Shown here one piece after another: positions 1-10,140 of a stretch of DNA of 64,000 nucleotides. The DNA comes from Candidatus Krumholzibacteriota bacterium (lineage in GTDB: Bacteria; Krumholzibacteriota; Krumholzibacteriia; LZORAL124-64-63): the NCBI GenBank assembly GCA_024275485.1, contig JAJRZA010000050.1, positions 18,033-82,032 on the forward strand, in the 5' to 3' direction. The position numbers and the translations under genes were made by a program. Numbering within the stretch: position 1 is the stretch's first letter; every line of letters starts with the position of its first letter. The notes under the pieces were generated by a model that was not told the origin of the DNA, ran no database searches, and was given only the letters and a program-made list of their open reading frames with translations.

Positions 1-2
1 AC

Positions 3-662
3 CATCTTGATGAAATTTTCAGGCAATGCGGACTGGAACAGGTTCGAAACAAGCTGGTGGGCAACCTCAGCCACGGTTTTACCAAGCGGCTGGGTTTGGC
101 CCAGGCCCTGGTGGGCGATCCGCCGGTGTTGATTCTGGATGAACCCACCAGCGGGCTGGATCCCCATCAAATCGTGGGGATTCGCGAGCTGATCAAAAGT
201 TTCCGCGGCAAGCGCACGGTGTTGATCAGCAGTCATATCCTTTCTGAAATCAGCGCCACCTGCGATCGGGTGCTCATTCTCAACCAGGGCCGTCTGGTTG
301 GGGAAGACACCGCCGAACATTTGGCATCTGGAATGTCGACTGGGCAGCAGGGCTCAAACCTGGGGTCCACTGGGCAAAGAGTTGTTTTGTCCTGGGATGG
401 GGACCGTCTGGCTGTGGCCGACGCATTACGGCAGGTGACCGGGGTTGAAGACGTGGTAATCACCGACGTTGGTGCCGAAGTCCTGGTTGCCGGCAATCCT
501 GTGGAAGTCAGGCCCAAACTGGTTGAATCGGTTTTGCGGTCGGGTGGCCGTCTGCAGACCATCCAGGACAAGGGCCCGAGTCTTGAGGAAATGTTCCTGC
601 GCCTGACCGGGGCGGACTCTGCACCGGATAAATCCGCTCCCGATGCCGGAGAAAAACCATGA
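3..662 (+). CDS. ABC transporter ATP-binding subunit (GldA-like), 5'-truncated by the window edge
   Basis: Frame is open from base 3. Signature LSHGFTKRLGLAQAL, Walker B ILDEPTSGLDP and switch ISSHIL are present; ATGA overlap with the permease gene. Confidence 0.9.
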   Translation, partial: HLDEIFRQCGLEQVRNKLVGNLSHGFTKRLGLAQALVGDPPVLILDEPTSGLDPHQIVGIRELIKSFRGKRTVLISSHILSEISATCDRVLILNQGRLVGEDTAEHLASGMSTGQQGSNLGSTGQRVVLSWDGDRLAVADALRQVTGVEDVVITDVGAEVLVAGNPVEVRPKLVESVLRSGGRLQTIQDKGPSLEEMFLRLTGADSAPDKSAPDAGEKP

Positions 663-2806
663 GGCAGTTCAACGCCATCGTACGCCGCGAAGTGGGGGCC
701 TTTTTTCACGGCAGCATGGCTCCGATCCTGCTGGGTGGTTTTCTGGTATTGGTGGGTTTAATCTTCACCAAGCTGATGATGGGCTACAGCGATCTGAGTA
801 CCAATGCCCTGCAGAGCGCCCGCAGCGGAAACTACATCAACCTGGCGGAGACGGTATTTCGCCCCATGGTTTCAACCATGCTGCTTTTGGTTGTGCTTCT
901 GATGCCTTCTTTGACCATGAGGCTTTTTTCACCCGAATACCGTTCAGGTCGTTTCAACCTGCTGGCCAGCTGGCCGGTGCCGGACCACATCTGGGTCCTT
1001 GGGAAATGGTGGTCAGCCCTGGTCTCTGCCTCGGTGATGCTGCTGGCCACCCTGGTTCTGTTTGTTTCGGTTTGGTTCTTCGGCGACCCGGAGCCCGGTC
1101 CCTTGTTCACGGTTTTTCTGGGTTTGTTTCTGCTGGCCTCCAGCCTTGTTGCTTTCGGAACCCTGGCTTCGGTGGCTTTCAGTCATCAGATCCTGGCCTA
1201 TTTTGTGGCCCTGATTTATGCCATGTTGCTCTTTATGGTGCAGCTTTTGGAGCGTTTTCTTCCAGGTATCCTGGGACAGGTCGCCCATGAAATGTCCCTG
1301 TTGTTGCACTTCGAACGCTTCAGCCGGGGGGTGCTCGATAGCCGGGATGTCCTGTTCTTTCTCTTGATGACCATGCTCCCATTGACGGCTGCAACCTCGA
1401 TTCTGGCCGGCCGCCGTTTGCCTGCCCGGCGCCGTCTGGCCCAATGGTTGCCTACCTTGCTGATGCTGATTCTCGTGGTGGTGATTTATTTGCTGGGTAT
1501 GTATTTCCCGGTCACTTTGGATTTGACCGGCAACAAGAGGTACAGCCTGGCGCCCCAAACGGTGAAAATCCTGAAAAATCTGGGTCAGGATCTCGACACC
1601 ATCGAGGGAGTGGACAAGGTCACGGTGTATTCATTCCTGCAACGTTACGACCCCGCTTACGATCTCACCGAAGTCTTGCTTAAGGGCTGCAGCCAGCAAT
1701 CGCGTCATTTTCGTTACGAGATGGTGGATCTGGAAACCGACATTGAAATGGTGAAAAAGTATGGAGTGAGGGTGGCTCGTTCCATGGTTGTGGAGGTGGG
1801 CGACCGCACCACCACCATTCTGCAACCCGAAGAAAGCGGTTTGATCAACGCTGTCTACCGTCTGGTCGTGGGCAAACGGCCGGTCATTGGCTATTTGATG
1901 GGGCATGGAGAGCATCGCTTTGATGATCTTGAGATGGCTGGTTACGCCACCCTGGAGTTGGTACTCCAGGAGCAGGGTTACGATGTCAGGCCATTGGTGC
2001 TTGGCGAAACAGGTGGTGTCCCGGAAGCGTGCGATGTGTTGATCATTGCCGGACCGCGCACTGATCCGCTGGGTCTGGAAACTGAAGCGGTGGACCGGCA
2101 TTTGGCGAGGGGCAAAGCAGTGCTGATCATGTTGGATCCCATCACACCTCCGGGTTGGGTCGCCTGGCTGGAGCAATACCGGGTTCATCCGACCGGGAAG
2201 GTGATCATCACTCCCACGGGGCAGGGAAAGATCAGTCGTCTGATGGAAGTTCTGGATGAGTATGGCGCCCATGAAATATCACATTCGATGCAGGGTGTGC
2301 GAACGTTGTTTCCCTTTGCCCAGGCTTTGGGTGTGATGGCTGATGACGGCTCGGGCATCAAGGGGGCCGTCCTGTTGTTGAGCAACAACGTGAGTTGGGC
2401 CGAGTTGGATCCCGAGACCCGCTTCAGCGGTCCGGCCCAATTCGATCCGGCCACCGATACGGCCGGTCCTGTGCCGGTTGCCCTGGTCCTGGAAACGCCG
2501 CCCGTAGAGGCGGACGCGCGTCCAGGCCGTATGGTGGTGGTGGGGAATTCCGAGTTCGTCAACAACAGCATGATCAATCGTGATGGCAACCGGGATTTGC
2601 TGCTGAATATGGTAGGATGGTTGGCCCGCGAAGAGAACCTGATCGAATTGAGGGGGCGCGATCCCCTCAGTCAGCCGATAATCCTGACTACCAACCAGAA
2701 AAACCTGATCCAATGGGGGGCGGTGGTTCTGTGGCCGTTGCTGGTCGTTAGCCTGGCGGTGGGGATCATGATTCGCCACCGCCGCCGCACCGAGGAGAAA
2801 TCTTGA
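659..2806 (+). CDS. Fused ABC-2 permease (GldF-like) and GldG/ABC-auxiliary domain protein
   Basis: N-terminal multi-TM region with LTMRLFSPEYRSG and HFERFSRGVLDSRD, then DLTGNKRYSLAPQT, GHGE, IIAGP and VVGNSEF motifs, and a C-terminal TM helix. Confidence 0.85.
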   Translation: MRQFNAIVRREVGAFFHGSMAPILLGGFLVLVGLIFTKLMMGYSDLSTNALQSARSGNYINLAETVFRPMVSTMLLLVVLLMPSLTMRLFSPEYRSGRFNLLASWPVPDHIWVLGKWWSALVSASVMLLATLVLFVSVWFFGDPEPGPLFTVFLGLFLLASSLVAFGTLASVAFSHQILAYFVALIYAMLLFMVQLLERFLPGILGQVAHEMSLLLHFERFSRGVLDSRDVLFFLLMTMLPLTAATSILAGRRLPARRRLAQWLPTLLMLILVVVIYLLGMYFPVTLDLTGNKRYSLAPQTVKILKNLGQDLDTIEGVDKVTVYSFLQRYDPAYDLTEVLLKGCSQQSRHFRYEMVDLETDIEMVKKYGVRVARSMVVEVGDRTTTILQPEESGLINAVYRLVVGKRPVIGYLMGHGEHRFDDLEMAGYATLELVLQEQGYDVRPLVLGETGGVPEACDVLIIAGPRTDPLGLETEAVDRHLARGKAVLIMLDPITPPGWVAWLEQYRVHPTGKVIITPTGQGKISRLMEVLDEYGAHEISHSMQGVRTLFPFAQALGVMADDGSGIKGAVLLLSNNVSWAELDPETRFSGPAQFDPATDTAGPVPVALVLETPPVEADARPGRMVVVGNSEFVNNSMINRDGNRDLLLNMVGWLAREENLIELRGRDPLSQPIILTTNQKNLIQWGAVVLWPLLVVSLAVGIMIRHRRRTEEKS

Positions 2807-4401
2807 TCCCCCGGATTTTTATTGATCGCACCGGAAAGGTACCGCGTTCCGCGAGTATTCTTGGGGTAGTCCTGGTTGTGGCAGCGGTGGCCCTGTTTTT
2901 TGCCAGCCGTCGGGAAACATCCGATGACTTGATTCTGGGCGGCCATCTCTTTGATCTCGATAATTCCAGCATCGAAGGTTTTCTGCTGACCCATGATGGT
3001 GCTCAATTCCGATTCGATCGCGACACCGTTGAAAATAACCACGGCTACTGGACGCTGCGAGGCGCCACTTCGGATTTCCTGAACCAGGGAGCGGTGGCCC
3101 AATTCCTGGTGCAGTTGAAGGAGGCCCGGGGCGGCCGTGTTCTGCCCGGCACTGAACCGGAAGATCGTCGGTACGATTTTAATGGCCCGGAATCCTTGCG
3201 CCTGACCATCTTCACCTCCGACGGCCGGCGGCAATCCCTGGCCGTGGGCAGCTCCAATCCAGTCACAGGCCATTATTATGCTTCCGGCGTCGGGCGTCCC
3301 GGCTGTTTTCCGGTGACTGAAGTCATTCAGCACCGACTGGCGAGTTTGCCTGCGTCTCTGCAGCTGCATGTTTTATTGCCCCGCTTTGAACGCGATCTGA
3401 TCCAGAAAATTGATCTTCAATATGGTCAGGAAACCCACCTTTTGCGCCGGATGGATCAACGTTGGTGGATACGGCAACCGGCTAAAGGTTCCATTGCCCT
3501 GGGCAGCGCTGCCGGGGCTTATCACCAGCAGTATGACGATCGCCGCATGATGGATGATAATCAGGTTTGGTTGCTGGGCAACGATTCCGCCATCAGCCGA
3601 CTTCTTTACGAAACCAGTGAAATGGTCGTCAACGATATTCCAGCCACGAGGTGGGCCCAGCCTCGTCTTCAGGAATTGGAGTTGGACCCGCCCTGGCGAC
3701 GAGTGACGCTGCATGGGGCGGGAATCAACCCCGACTCCACGGAGGCGTCGGGTGATCTGCTGGAAATCGGTTTTGGCCCAGCCCTGGACAACGACCGTGT
3801 GCCGGCCCTGCGTCGTGGCAACGTTCTGATGACCGATGCGGAATCCCTGCGAAGTCTGGGGGCTCCCCTGGGAGACTTTCTGGACGTGGGTGCTGTCTCC
3901 TTCCTGGTGGCTGCCTCAGATTCCCTTCGGATTTGGCGGAGTGGCGAGTTGCTCATCCGTGGTTTCAGGGGAGAAGCATCCGAGATATTGGACATGTCGC
4001 GCAAGCGTCCCATGGTGGAATCCTGGGTTACCACCTTCCCCACTCGCGATATGCGTCCAGGGATGACGGAACTGGCATACCAGGGGTTGGTGCGCTACAT
4101 GATTACCAACTTGGATCGATTGGAAATCCTGGCCGTTTTGCCTCCGGTGATGGACCGACGTATTCTGTCCAACGAGGAGCGGGTGGTGATGGAAATTTAT
4201 ACGCCGCAGGGGAATCAGAAACTGGAATTCGGCTATTTGAATGCCGATTATTTGCCGCACGGTTCGCGCTCACCGGTGGGTACCGAAGATTCCATGGCGC
4301 CAGTGGCTCTTTGGCGGCCGCAGACCGGGCAGTTGTTGCAGGTGCCCGGGCATATTCTGGTGACTTTGCGGAATCATGCCTCGGCGATGGTTCGACGTTA
4401 G
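2803..4401 (+). CDS. DUF4340-like membrane-anchored periplasmic protein
   Basis: N-terminal TM anchor; typical position after GldG-type genes; overlapping stop/start. Confidence 0.6.
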   Translation: MIPRIFIDRTGKVPRSASILGVVLVVAAVALFFASRRETSDDLILGGHLFDLDNSSIEGFLLTHDGAQFRFDRDTVENNHGYWTLRGATSDFLNQGAVAQFLVQLKEARGGRVLPGTEPEDRRYDFNGPESLRLTIFTSDGRRQSLAVGSSNPVTGHYYASGVGRPGCFPVTEVIQHRLASLPASLQLHVLLPRFERDLIQKIDLQYGQETHLLRRMDQRWWIRQPAKGSIALGSAAGAYHQQYDDRRMMDDNQVWLLGNDSAISRLLYETSEMVVNDIPATRWAQPRLQELELDPPWRRVTLHGAGINPDSTEASGDLLEIGFGPALDNDRVPALRRGNVLMTDAESLRSLGAPLGDFLDVGAVSFLVAASDSLRIWRSGELLIRGFRGEASEILDMSRKRPMVESWVTTFPTRDMRPGMTELAYQGLVRYMITNLDRLEILAVLPPVMDRRILSNEERVVMEIYTPQGNQKLEFGYLNADYLPHGSRSPVGTEDSMAPVALWRPQTGQLLQVPGHILVTLRNHASAMVRR

Positions 4402-4405
4402 TTCT

Positions 4406-5851
4406 CTAATCCAACCTAATCCCCGCCGGCAGCTCCACCGCAGAAACCAGGGGACCCTCCCAAGCGGCCAACTCAGCCACCATCAAAGGTGGAATCACCA
4501 CGGGCTGACCATCCAATTCCAGCTCCTGCAAAATAGAAAGATAAACTTGGGCCTGGCCCTTGAAGCTAGCCATCAATTCCTTGCCCACGGGAGCCGCCGC
4601 CGGTAGTTTCAAACTGCGCGGATTGACAAACCTACCGTTCCGCTTGACCCGATAATCGAGATGCGGCCCCGTGGCATAACCAGTGGCCCCCACATAGCCG
4701 ATAATCTGTCCCTGATCAACCGTCGAACCCTTGTGGATGCCTTTGGCATAACTGGAAAGATGCAGATAAAAGGTCTCGTATTCGGCGTTGGTATGCCGAA
4801 TCTGAATGTAACGGCCGTTGCCTTTTTTCTTGGTGCGGGCCACAACCACACCATCGCCGCCGGCACGCACGGGAGTGCCCAACGGAGCGGCGTAATCCAC
4901 ACCGAGGTGAGGCATCCAGCGTTTGAGTACGGGATGAAAGCGCCGGTGGCTGAACTTGCTGCTGATGCGACTGTACTGCAGGGGCGCCCGCGAAAGTTGC
5001 TTCTGCAGATTGTACCCGTCGGCATCGTAATAATGGATTCGTCCGTCGGCCGAAGTGAACTGGAAGGCTTGTCGGGCTCTGCCGCGGTTCATGATTTCCA
5101 CACTTAAAATGGATCCGGTACGGATGCGTTTGCCTTCCTTGTAAACTTCTTCATAAAGGATGCTGAAGGTGTCGCCTTTGCGCAGATCCCGGTTGAAATC
5201 CAGGTCCCAGCCCAGGATGTCGTTCATTTTTGGCGCCAGGGCCAAGGGCGCATCGAGTTTTTGCAGACTGGTGTAGAGGCTGTTGTTGATGGTGCCACTG
5301 ATGGCCTTGAGCCGCCGTTCCACTGGATAAGTGCCGTCGATGCGCTCGTATGTGTCGCCCTTGCGCACCCAGGTAATGTAGCTTTCTTCATCCAGGTCGA
5401 AACCAAGGGCTTCCAACCCGCCGTCGTCGGTTACTTCAAGGCGGAAGACTTCCCCGGCGCGAACGGTCTTCAGGTTGCGAAAGGACTTGCAGGCCTTGAC
5501 CAGGGCCATGATGTCGTCATGCCCAACATGCCGCCCCTGGAGAGCTTCGTAAAAAGTTTGGCCGCGGGTGATGATCATGTTCTTGGGACCGCAGCCCGGC
5601 TGGGCAACCGGACCCAGCATTTCCTGGGGGACCGCGTTGTAGCCGGGAGATTTCAAGAAAGATGTCGTCAGGTCCAACGACTGCAGTTGCTGCACCCTGC
5701 TGAGAGGAGGTTCGGAAGGTCCGCCCATGCCATTTTGGGGCACCGGTGAGGTATCGGCGTGATTGAGGATGCCCACACCCCAGATCATCAGGGAGGCTCC
5801 GGACAGGGCAACAAGGGCCAGACCGCCATTTTTTAGAATAATTTTCAGCAT
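4406..5851 (-). CDS. M23 family peptidoglycan DD-endopeptidase (MepM/OapA-like)
   Basis: HLGVDYAAPLGTPV (HxxxD), YLHL and TGPHLDY motifs; N-terminal TM; Csd3/OapA-type middle region. Confidence 0.92.
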   Translation of the reverse strand: MLKIILKNGGLALVALSGASLMIWGVGILNHADTSPVPQNGMGGPSEPPLSRVQQLQSLDLTTSFLKSPGYNAVPQEMLGPVAQPGCGPKNMIITRGQTFYEALQGRHVGHDDIMALVKACKSFRNLKTVRAGEVFRLEVTDDGGLEALGFDLDEESYITWVRKGDTYERIDGTYPVERRLKAISGTINNSLYTSLQKLDAPLALAPKMNDILGWDLDFNRDLRKGDTFSILYEEVYKEGKRIRTGSILSVEIMNRGRARQAFQFTSADGRIHYYDADGYNLQKQLSRAPLQYSRISSKFSHRRFHPVLKRWMPHLGVDYAAPLGTPVRAGGDGVVVARTKKKGNGRYIQIRHTNAEYETFYLHLSSYAKGIHKGSTVDQGQIIGYVGATGYATGPHLDYRVKRNGRFVNPRSLKLPAAAPVGKELMASFKGQAQVYLSILQELELDGQPVVIPPLMVAELAAWEGPLVSAVELPAGIRLD

Positions 5852-5988
5852 TGTCGAATTCAGTTTGATTCCTCCTGAACGGATTCCATTTCCCTAGGCA
5901 AGGCCAAAATGCACTGTTTGCCATCTTGCAGGCAAGGGTTTTTTGTGACTCCGGTCAAGCATTGAGCATACAAAGGTGACCCGGTACA

Positions 5989-5997
5989 TGCTATAAT
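5989..5997 (+). promoter_or_regulatory. Extended -10 promoter element TGCTATAAT
   Basis: Perfect TGnTATAAT in the divergent intergenic region upstream of the FG-GAP gene. Confidence 0.55.
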
Positions 5998-6016
5998 ACA
6001 CAGCAAGCCATGCAAT

Positions 6017-8167
6017 TTGCACGTTGAAACCCCCCTGTCGGAATCCAGGTTCTTTAAGAAGGGGCTTAATCGGCGAAAACCGAAGACTGTGAGGCCGCCC
6101 TTGTCAAGAATCCCATCCTACGCCGCTAGATGCAACAGCTGTGCCGTATTTGGCCTTCTGGTGTTGTTTTCCGTCTTATTCATCCCGGTCATGGCTCATG
6201 CCGATGCGGTGTTTCTGACCGATCACGCTTCCGGTTTCACCGGACAGGATTTTGGTGCCGCCGTGTGTGGGCTGGGCGATATCGACGGTGACGGCAACAA
6301 TGACCTGCTCGTGGGCGCCCCGGGTGACAACTCGAGTGGTTCTGAAGCAGGCGCGGCTTTTCTATGGTACGGCAATTCCGCGGTGACCCACTCCGCGAAC
6401 GAGGTCTGGTACGGGGTAGCGGGAGAAAAATTTGGTTATTCCGTCGCCGCCATTGGTGACGTCAACAACGATGGGAATCCCGACTTTGCCGTGGGCGCAC
6501 CATTGTCCAACACCGGGGGCACCGGAAAAGGGCGAGTTTGTATTTTTTATGGCGGCAGCTTTCTTTCCCCAACTCCGGACCTGATCATTCTGGGTGCCAA
6601 TGGTGGCGACCAGTTTGGCTTCTCGGTAGCCGCGGCCGGCGATTTTAATGGAGACGGCAAAGACGATTTCATTGTGGGCGCACCATACTCCAACACTGGC
6701 GGGACGAACATTGGCGCCGCCTATGTCATTTATGGAAATACCGGCGACCCCAGTACTGATTTGGTCGATGCAACCACGCTGACGGGTGAAATTGGCGGCG
6801 ATTTTTTTGGCTGGTCGGTGTGTCCGGCGGGCAATTTCCTTGGTGGCAACGAAGTGAGTGTAGCGGTGGGCGCCCCGGGCAACGATTCCCACTGGGGACT
6901 GGATGCGGGCGCGGTTCATATTTTCAAGGGCTCATTGTTTCCAGCCACTCCCGACGCCACGGCAGATCATCTGATCGGAGTTGGGGGTACTTCCCAGGCC
7001 GGCAGTCAATACGGATGGGTGGTTAGAAACGCCGGTCGTTGGGACAACGTCGCCTATGACGATCTGGCAGTCGGCGCTCCCACCAATAACCAGGCCGGCA
7101 GCGCCGCCGGTCGGGTGGAAATCATTTTCGGCGGGCTCAGTCCCTCGACAACCGGCGATCGTTACGCGACCGGTAGCTCCGGCGGCGACAACCTGGGCTA
7201 CGCCCTTGCCCCATTGGGCGATTTCACCAATAGCGGCCGGGACGATATTTTGATTGGTGCCCCTTTCTACGCCGGTGATGGAACCGACGCGGGCCGGGCC
7301 TACATTTACGAGGGAAACAGCAGTTCGGGTGGCGTCTCCGTATTGGCAGCCATTGTTGTTGATCCTCTCATGCCCAGCACCCAGGCCTTTGACCGTTTTG
7401 GTTTCGCGGTGGCCGGAACCGGAGATTTCGACGGTGACGGTTTCATGGACTACGCGGTGGCAGCCCCTTCGGGCAACATCGCCAACAATGCGCCAGCCGG
7501 ATTTTGCCGATTGTGGGCTACTGACAACCAAACCGTAGCCACTTTCCGTTTTCAAGCCGTCTCCACCTGGACAGACGACGGCCAGGTGCAGTTGCGGCTG
7601 ATCCTGCCGGTGGCTCCCGAAGATATCGTCAACCTGGAAATCCGTCGTCAGGGTGCTTTTGGTCAGGAAACAGTGTTTGATGGCCCTGTTGAAGATTTGG
7701 TTGTTCCCGGATTTTTCCCCGACGGAGAGCATCATTATCAGCTGATCGACGCTGGTCCTTTCGATCAGGGTATACCCGACCGAATGATTTCCTATCAGGC
7801 CACCTTGAACCTTCGCAACGGCGGCATGATCGAACTTTCGGATCCTTACGTTTGGGAGCCGCTGTCCCTTGAACAGCAACCTGCCTTGCGACCACTGATG
7901 GCCCGGCAGGCTTGGCCCAACCCGGCCAATCCCCGCTCAGCCCTGGAATACAAGGTTGCCCAGGGACTTTCCTATAGCTTGACCATCGCCGATATCCGGG
8001 GACGCCGCATCCGCCAACTGGTTGAAGGCAGGGGAACCGGCCAATGGGAGCAAAAAAGCTGGGACGGAAAAGATGACCTGGGACGGGCCCTGCCATCCGG
8101 TCTTTATTTGTTCCGCCTGCGCACCAATGGTCATATCGAAATTCGAAAGGTGATCCTGGCACGATGA
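6017..8167 (+). CDS. Secreted FG-GAP/integrin-alpha beta-propeller protein with C-terminal FlgD-Ig/T9SS-CTD-like domain
   Basis: About seven FG...GD(I/F/V)xGDGxxD...VGAP repeats; signal peptide ending AHA; C-terminus WPNPANP...IADIRGRRIR...WDGKD...SGLYLFRL. The true start may be downstream (~6101). Confidence 0.88.
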   Translation: MHVETPLSESRFFKKGLNRRKPKTVRPPLSRIPSYAARCNSCAVFGLLVLFSVLFIPVMAHADAVFLTDHASGFTGQDFGAAVCGLGDIDGDGNNDLLVGAPGDNSSGSEAGAAFLWYGNSAVTHSANEVWYGVAGEKFGYSVAAIGDVNNDGNPDFAVGAPLSNTGGTGKGRVCIFYGGSFLSPTPDLIILGANGGDQFGFSVAAAGDFNGDGKDDFIVGAPYSNTGGTNIGAAYVIYGNTGDPSTDLVDATTLTGEIGGDFFGWSVCPAGNFLGGNEVSVAVGAPGNDSHWGLDAGAVHIFKGSLFPATPDATADHLIGVGGTSQAGSQYGWVVRNAGRWDNVAYDDLAVGAPTNNQAGSAAGRVEIIFGGLSPSTTGDRYATGSSGGDNLGYALAPLGDFTNSGRDDILIGAPFYAGDGTDAGRAYIYEGNSSSGGVSVLAAIVVDPLMPSTQAFDRFGFAVAGTGDFDGDGFMDYAVAAPSGNIANNAPAGFCRLWATDNQTVATFRFQAVSTWTDDGQVQLRLILPVAPEDIVNLEIRRQGAFGQETVFDGPVEDLVVPGFFPDGEHHYQLIDAGPFDQGIPDRMISYQATLNLRNGGMIELSDPYVWEPLSLEQQPALRPLMARQAWPNPANPRSALEYKVAQGLSYSLTIADIRGRRIRQLVEGRGTGQWEQKSWDGKDDLGRALPSGLYLFRLRTNGHIEIRKVILAR

Positions 8168-9141
8168 ACAAAGACCTGCCGGGTGTCGAGCTGCACACTC
8201 ATTTGGAAGGGTCGATAACTCCGAAGCGTCTGATCGCCCTGGCCGATCGCCATGGTCAACCGGGTTTGCCCGCCAACTGCCTTAACAAGGAAGGCACGGC
8301 ATATGTTTTTGACGGGTTTCAGGGCTTCCTGGATTTGTTTCGCAAAGTTACCCTGCTGCTGAAAACACCTGCCGACTTTCACGAGTTGGCCCTGGACCTG
8401 GGCAAAACCCTGTACGACGATGGCGTGGGGTACGCTGAAATAAGTCTTTCGTATGGTGTGATGCTGATGCGAAACCTCGACCCTCTGGCCATTCAACAGG
8501 CGCTGTCCGACGCCGCCCACCAGGTTCACGAAACTCATGGGGTACGCATGCGCTGGTTGCCCGATGCGGTGCGCCAATTGGGTGTGGATCAGGGCTGGCA
8601 TGCTTTTGAAGCCGCCGCCCGGGCCGGTCGTTCTTTGGGTGTGGTTGGTTTTGGTCTTGGTGGCGACGAGACCACTGGACCTGCCCGCAACTTCGCTCGG
8701 CTTTTTGCCGATGTGAAAGCCGAAGGTCTGGGCGTGAGCATTCATGCTGGAGAAGCTCCCGCCAGGGGTCCTGCCGCTGCCGAATCCGTCCGACAGGCCG
8801 TGGAAGATTGTGGAGCCCAACGCATTGGTCATGGTCTCGGGGCGGTTGCCGATCCTCGGGTTATGGCTTTGTTGAAGGCTCGAAACATTTTTGTAGAGCT
8901 CTGCCCGGGGTCAAATTTGCGTACCGGCGCCTTGGAAAGCTTGGCTGATCATCCGTTACAGGATTTCTTGGCCGCCAAAATACCCTGCGGATTGAACCCG
9001 GATGACCGCAGCTTGTTTGGCCTCGATCGAAAGGGAGAACTGGAAAGGGCCCGGCAAGAGCTTGACCTTCGGGAAGACCAGATTATGATGATGGATGAGT
9101 GGGCACGGGAGGCAACTTTTTCTTTCTTGGGTGAGGGCTAG
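8164..9141 (+). CDS. add: Adenosine/adenine deaminase family amidohydrolase
   Basis: ELHTHLEGS, HAGE, RIGHG, ELCPGSN and NPDD metal-binding motifs. Confidence 0.85.
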   Translation: MNKDLPGVELHTHLEGSITPKRLIALADRHGQPGLPANCLNKEGTAYVFDGFQGFLDLFRKVTLLLKTPADFHELALDLGKTLYDDGVGYAEISLSYGVMLMRNLDPLAIQQALSDAAHQVHETHGVRMRWLPDAVRQLGVDQGWHAFEAAARAGRSLGVVGFGLGGDETTGPARNFARLFADVKAEGLGVSIHAGEAPARGPAAAESVRQAVEDCGAQRIGHGLGAVADPRVMALLKARNIFVELCPGSNLRTGALESLADHPLQDFLAAKIPCGLNPDDRSLFGLDRKGELERARQELDLREDQIMMMDEWAREATFSFLGEG

Positions 9142-9308
9142 AATATGACGAAACAACCAAGTTTAATGTTTGAACAATTCCTGGTCGATGAAAGGCGGGC
9201 CTGGGTTTATCACCTGAGCGGAAAATTTGTGGGTACTTGGTTTGCTACTCTTTTCTGGAAGATACCGAGGACAACATCACGGACGAAACTCTCCAGGTGG
9301 TGCTGGTC

Positions 9309-10073
9309 ATGTCCGATCTGACTTTTAACAACAGCAAGGGCTTAGGCATTGTTGCTTCGCTGTTGACCATTTCGACGATTCTGGTTCTGGTTCTCGGAGT
9401 CACCACCAATGCTGCGGCAGCAGAAGGCGAAGGATCGTGGTTCCAGGTCTCCCTGGGCTATCTCGGCATGGCCATGGATGATATCAATGAAGCGGATTTT
9501 CGTTGGCACGATGATTCCCCCGACGGCTTTAATCTGGGAAAGATGAATTCCGGCATGGCCTTGTCTTTCGGATTAGGTTATGACATGTCGCCATCTCTGG
9601 GTTACGGCCTTTTTTGGGAGCATCAATACGCCTCAACCAGTGGCACGGACGGAGACTTGACTGCCGATGTCAACCTGGCTGCCGATACTTTTTCCGGCCG
9701 TCTGAATTACAATTTTGTAACGCAGAAGAGCTGGCGTCTGGGTTTGGCCGGATCCCTGGGTTATTTGGTCGTCGGTGGAGATGTCAACAAAACCACTTCC
9801 GGTGCCAGTTTCGGCGAGACTGATTTGGCGGGCAACACCTGGGCTCTGGAAGGCATGGCCGTTCTGGAATTTGTGGTTGGCGAATCTTCCACCTTGCAGG
9901 TCACCGCCGGCTGGCGGGATGCGAAGGTGACGTCCTTCAGAAGCGGATCTGCCACCGTGGTGAAGGATGATGGTCAGGACATGAGTCTCGATTACACAGG
10001 CTTCACTGCCCGGGTGGGGTGGAAATATCGTTTTGGCAGTTTGGACGATCAGACGGTGCCGGATATCAAGTGA
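9309..10073 (+). CDS. Outer-membrane beta-barrel protein
   Basis: Signal peptide, alternating amphipathic beta-strands, terminal strand VGWKYRF. Start reassigned to ATG 9309. Confidence 0.65.
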   Translation: MSDLTFNNSKGLGIVASLLTISTILVLVLGVTTNAAAAEGEGSWFQVSLGYLGMAMDDINEADFRWHDDSPDGFNLGKMNSGMALSFGLGYDMSPSLGYGLFWEHQYASTSGTDGDLTADVNLAADTFSGRLNYNFVTQKSWRLGLAGSLGYLVVGGDVNKTTSGASFGETDLAGNTWALEGMAVLEFVVGESSTLQVTAGWRDAKVTSFRSGSATVVKDDGQDMSLDYTGFTARVGWKYRFGSLDDQTVPDIK

Positions 10074-10140
10074 ATTTGACTTCATGCTGGTTGGTCATTC
10101 GGATCCGGAGATGGATCGGGTTATTTCCCGCGCTTTATTC

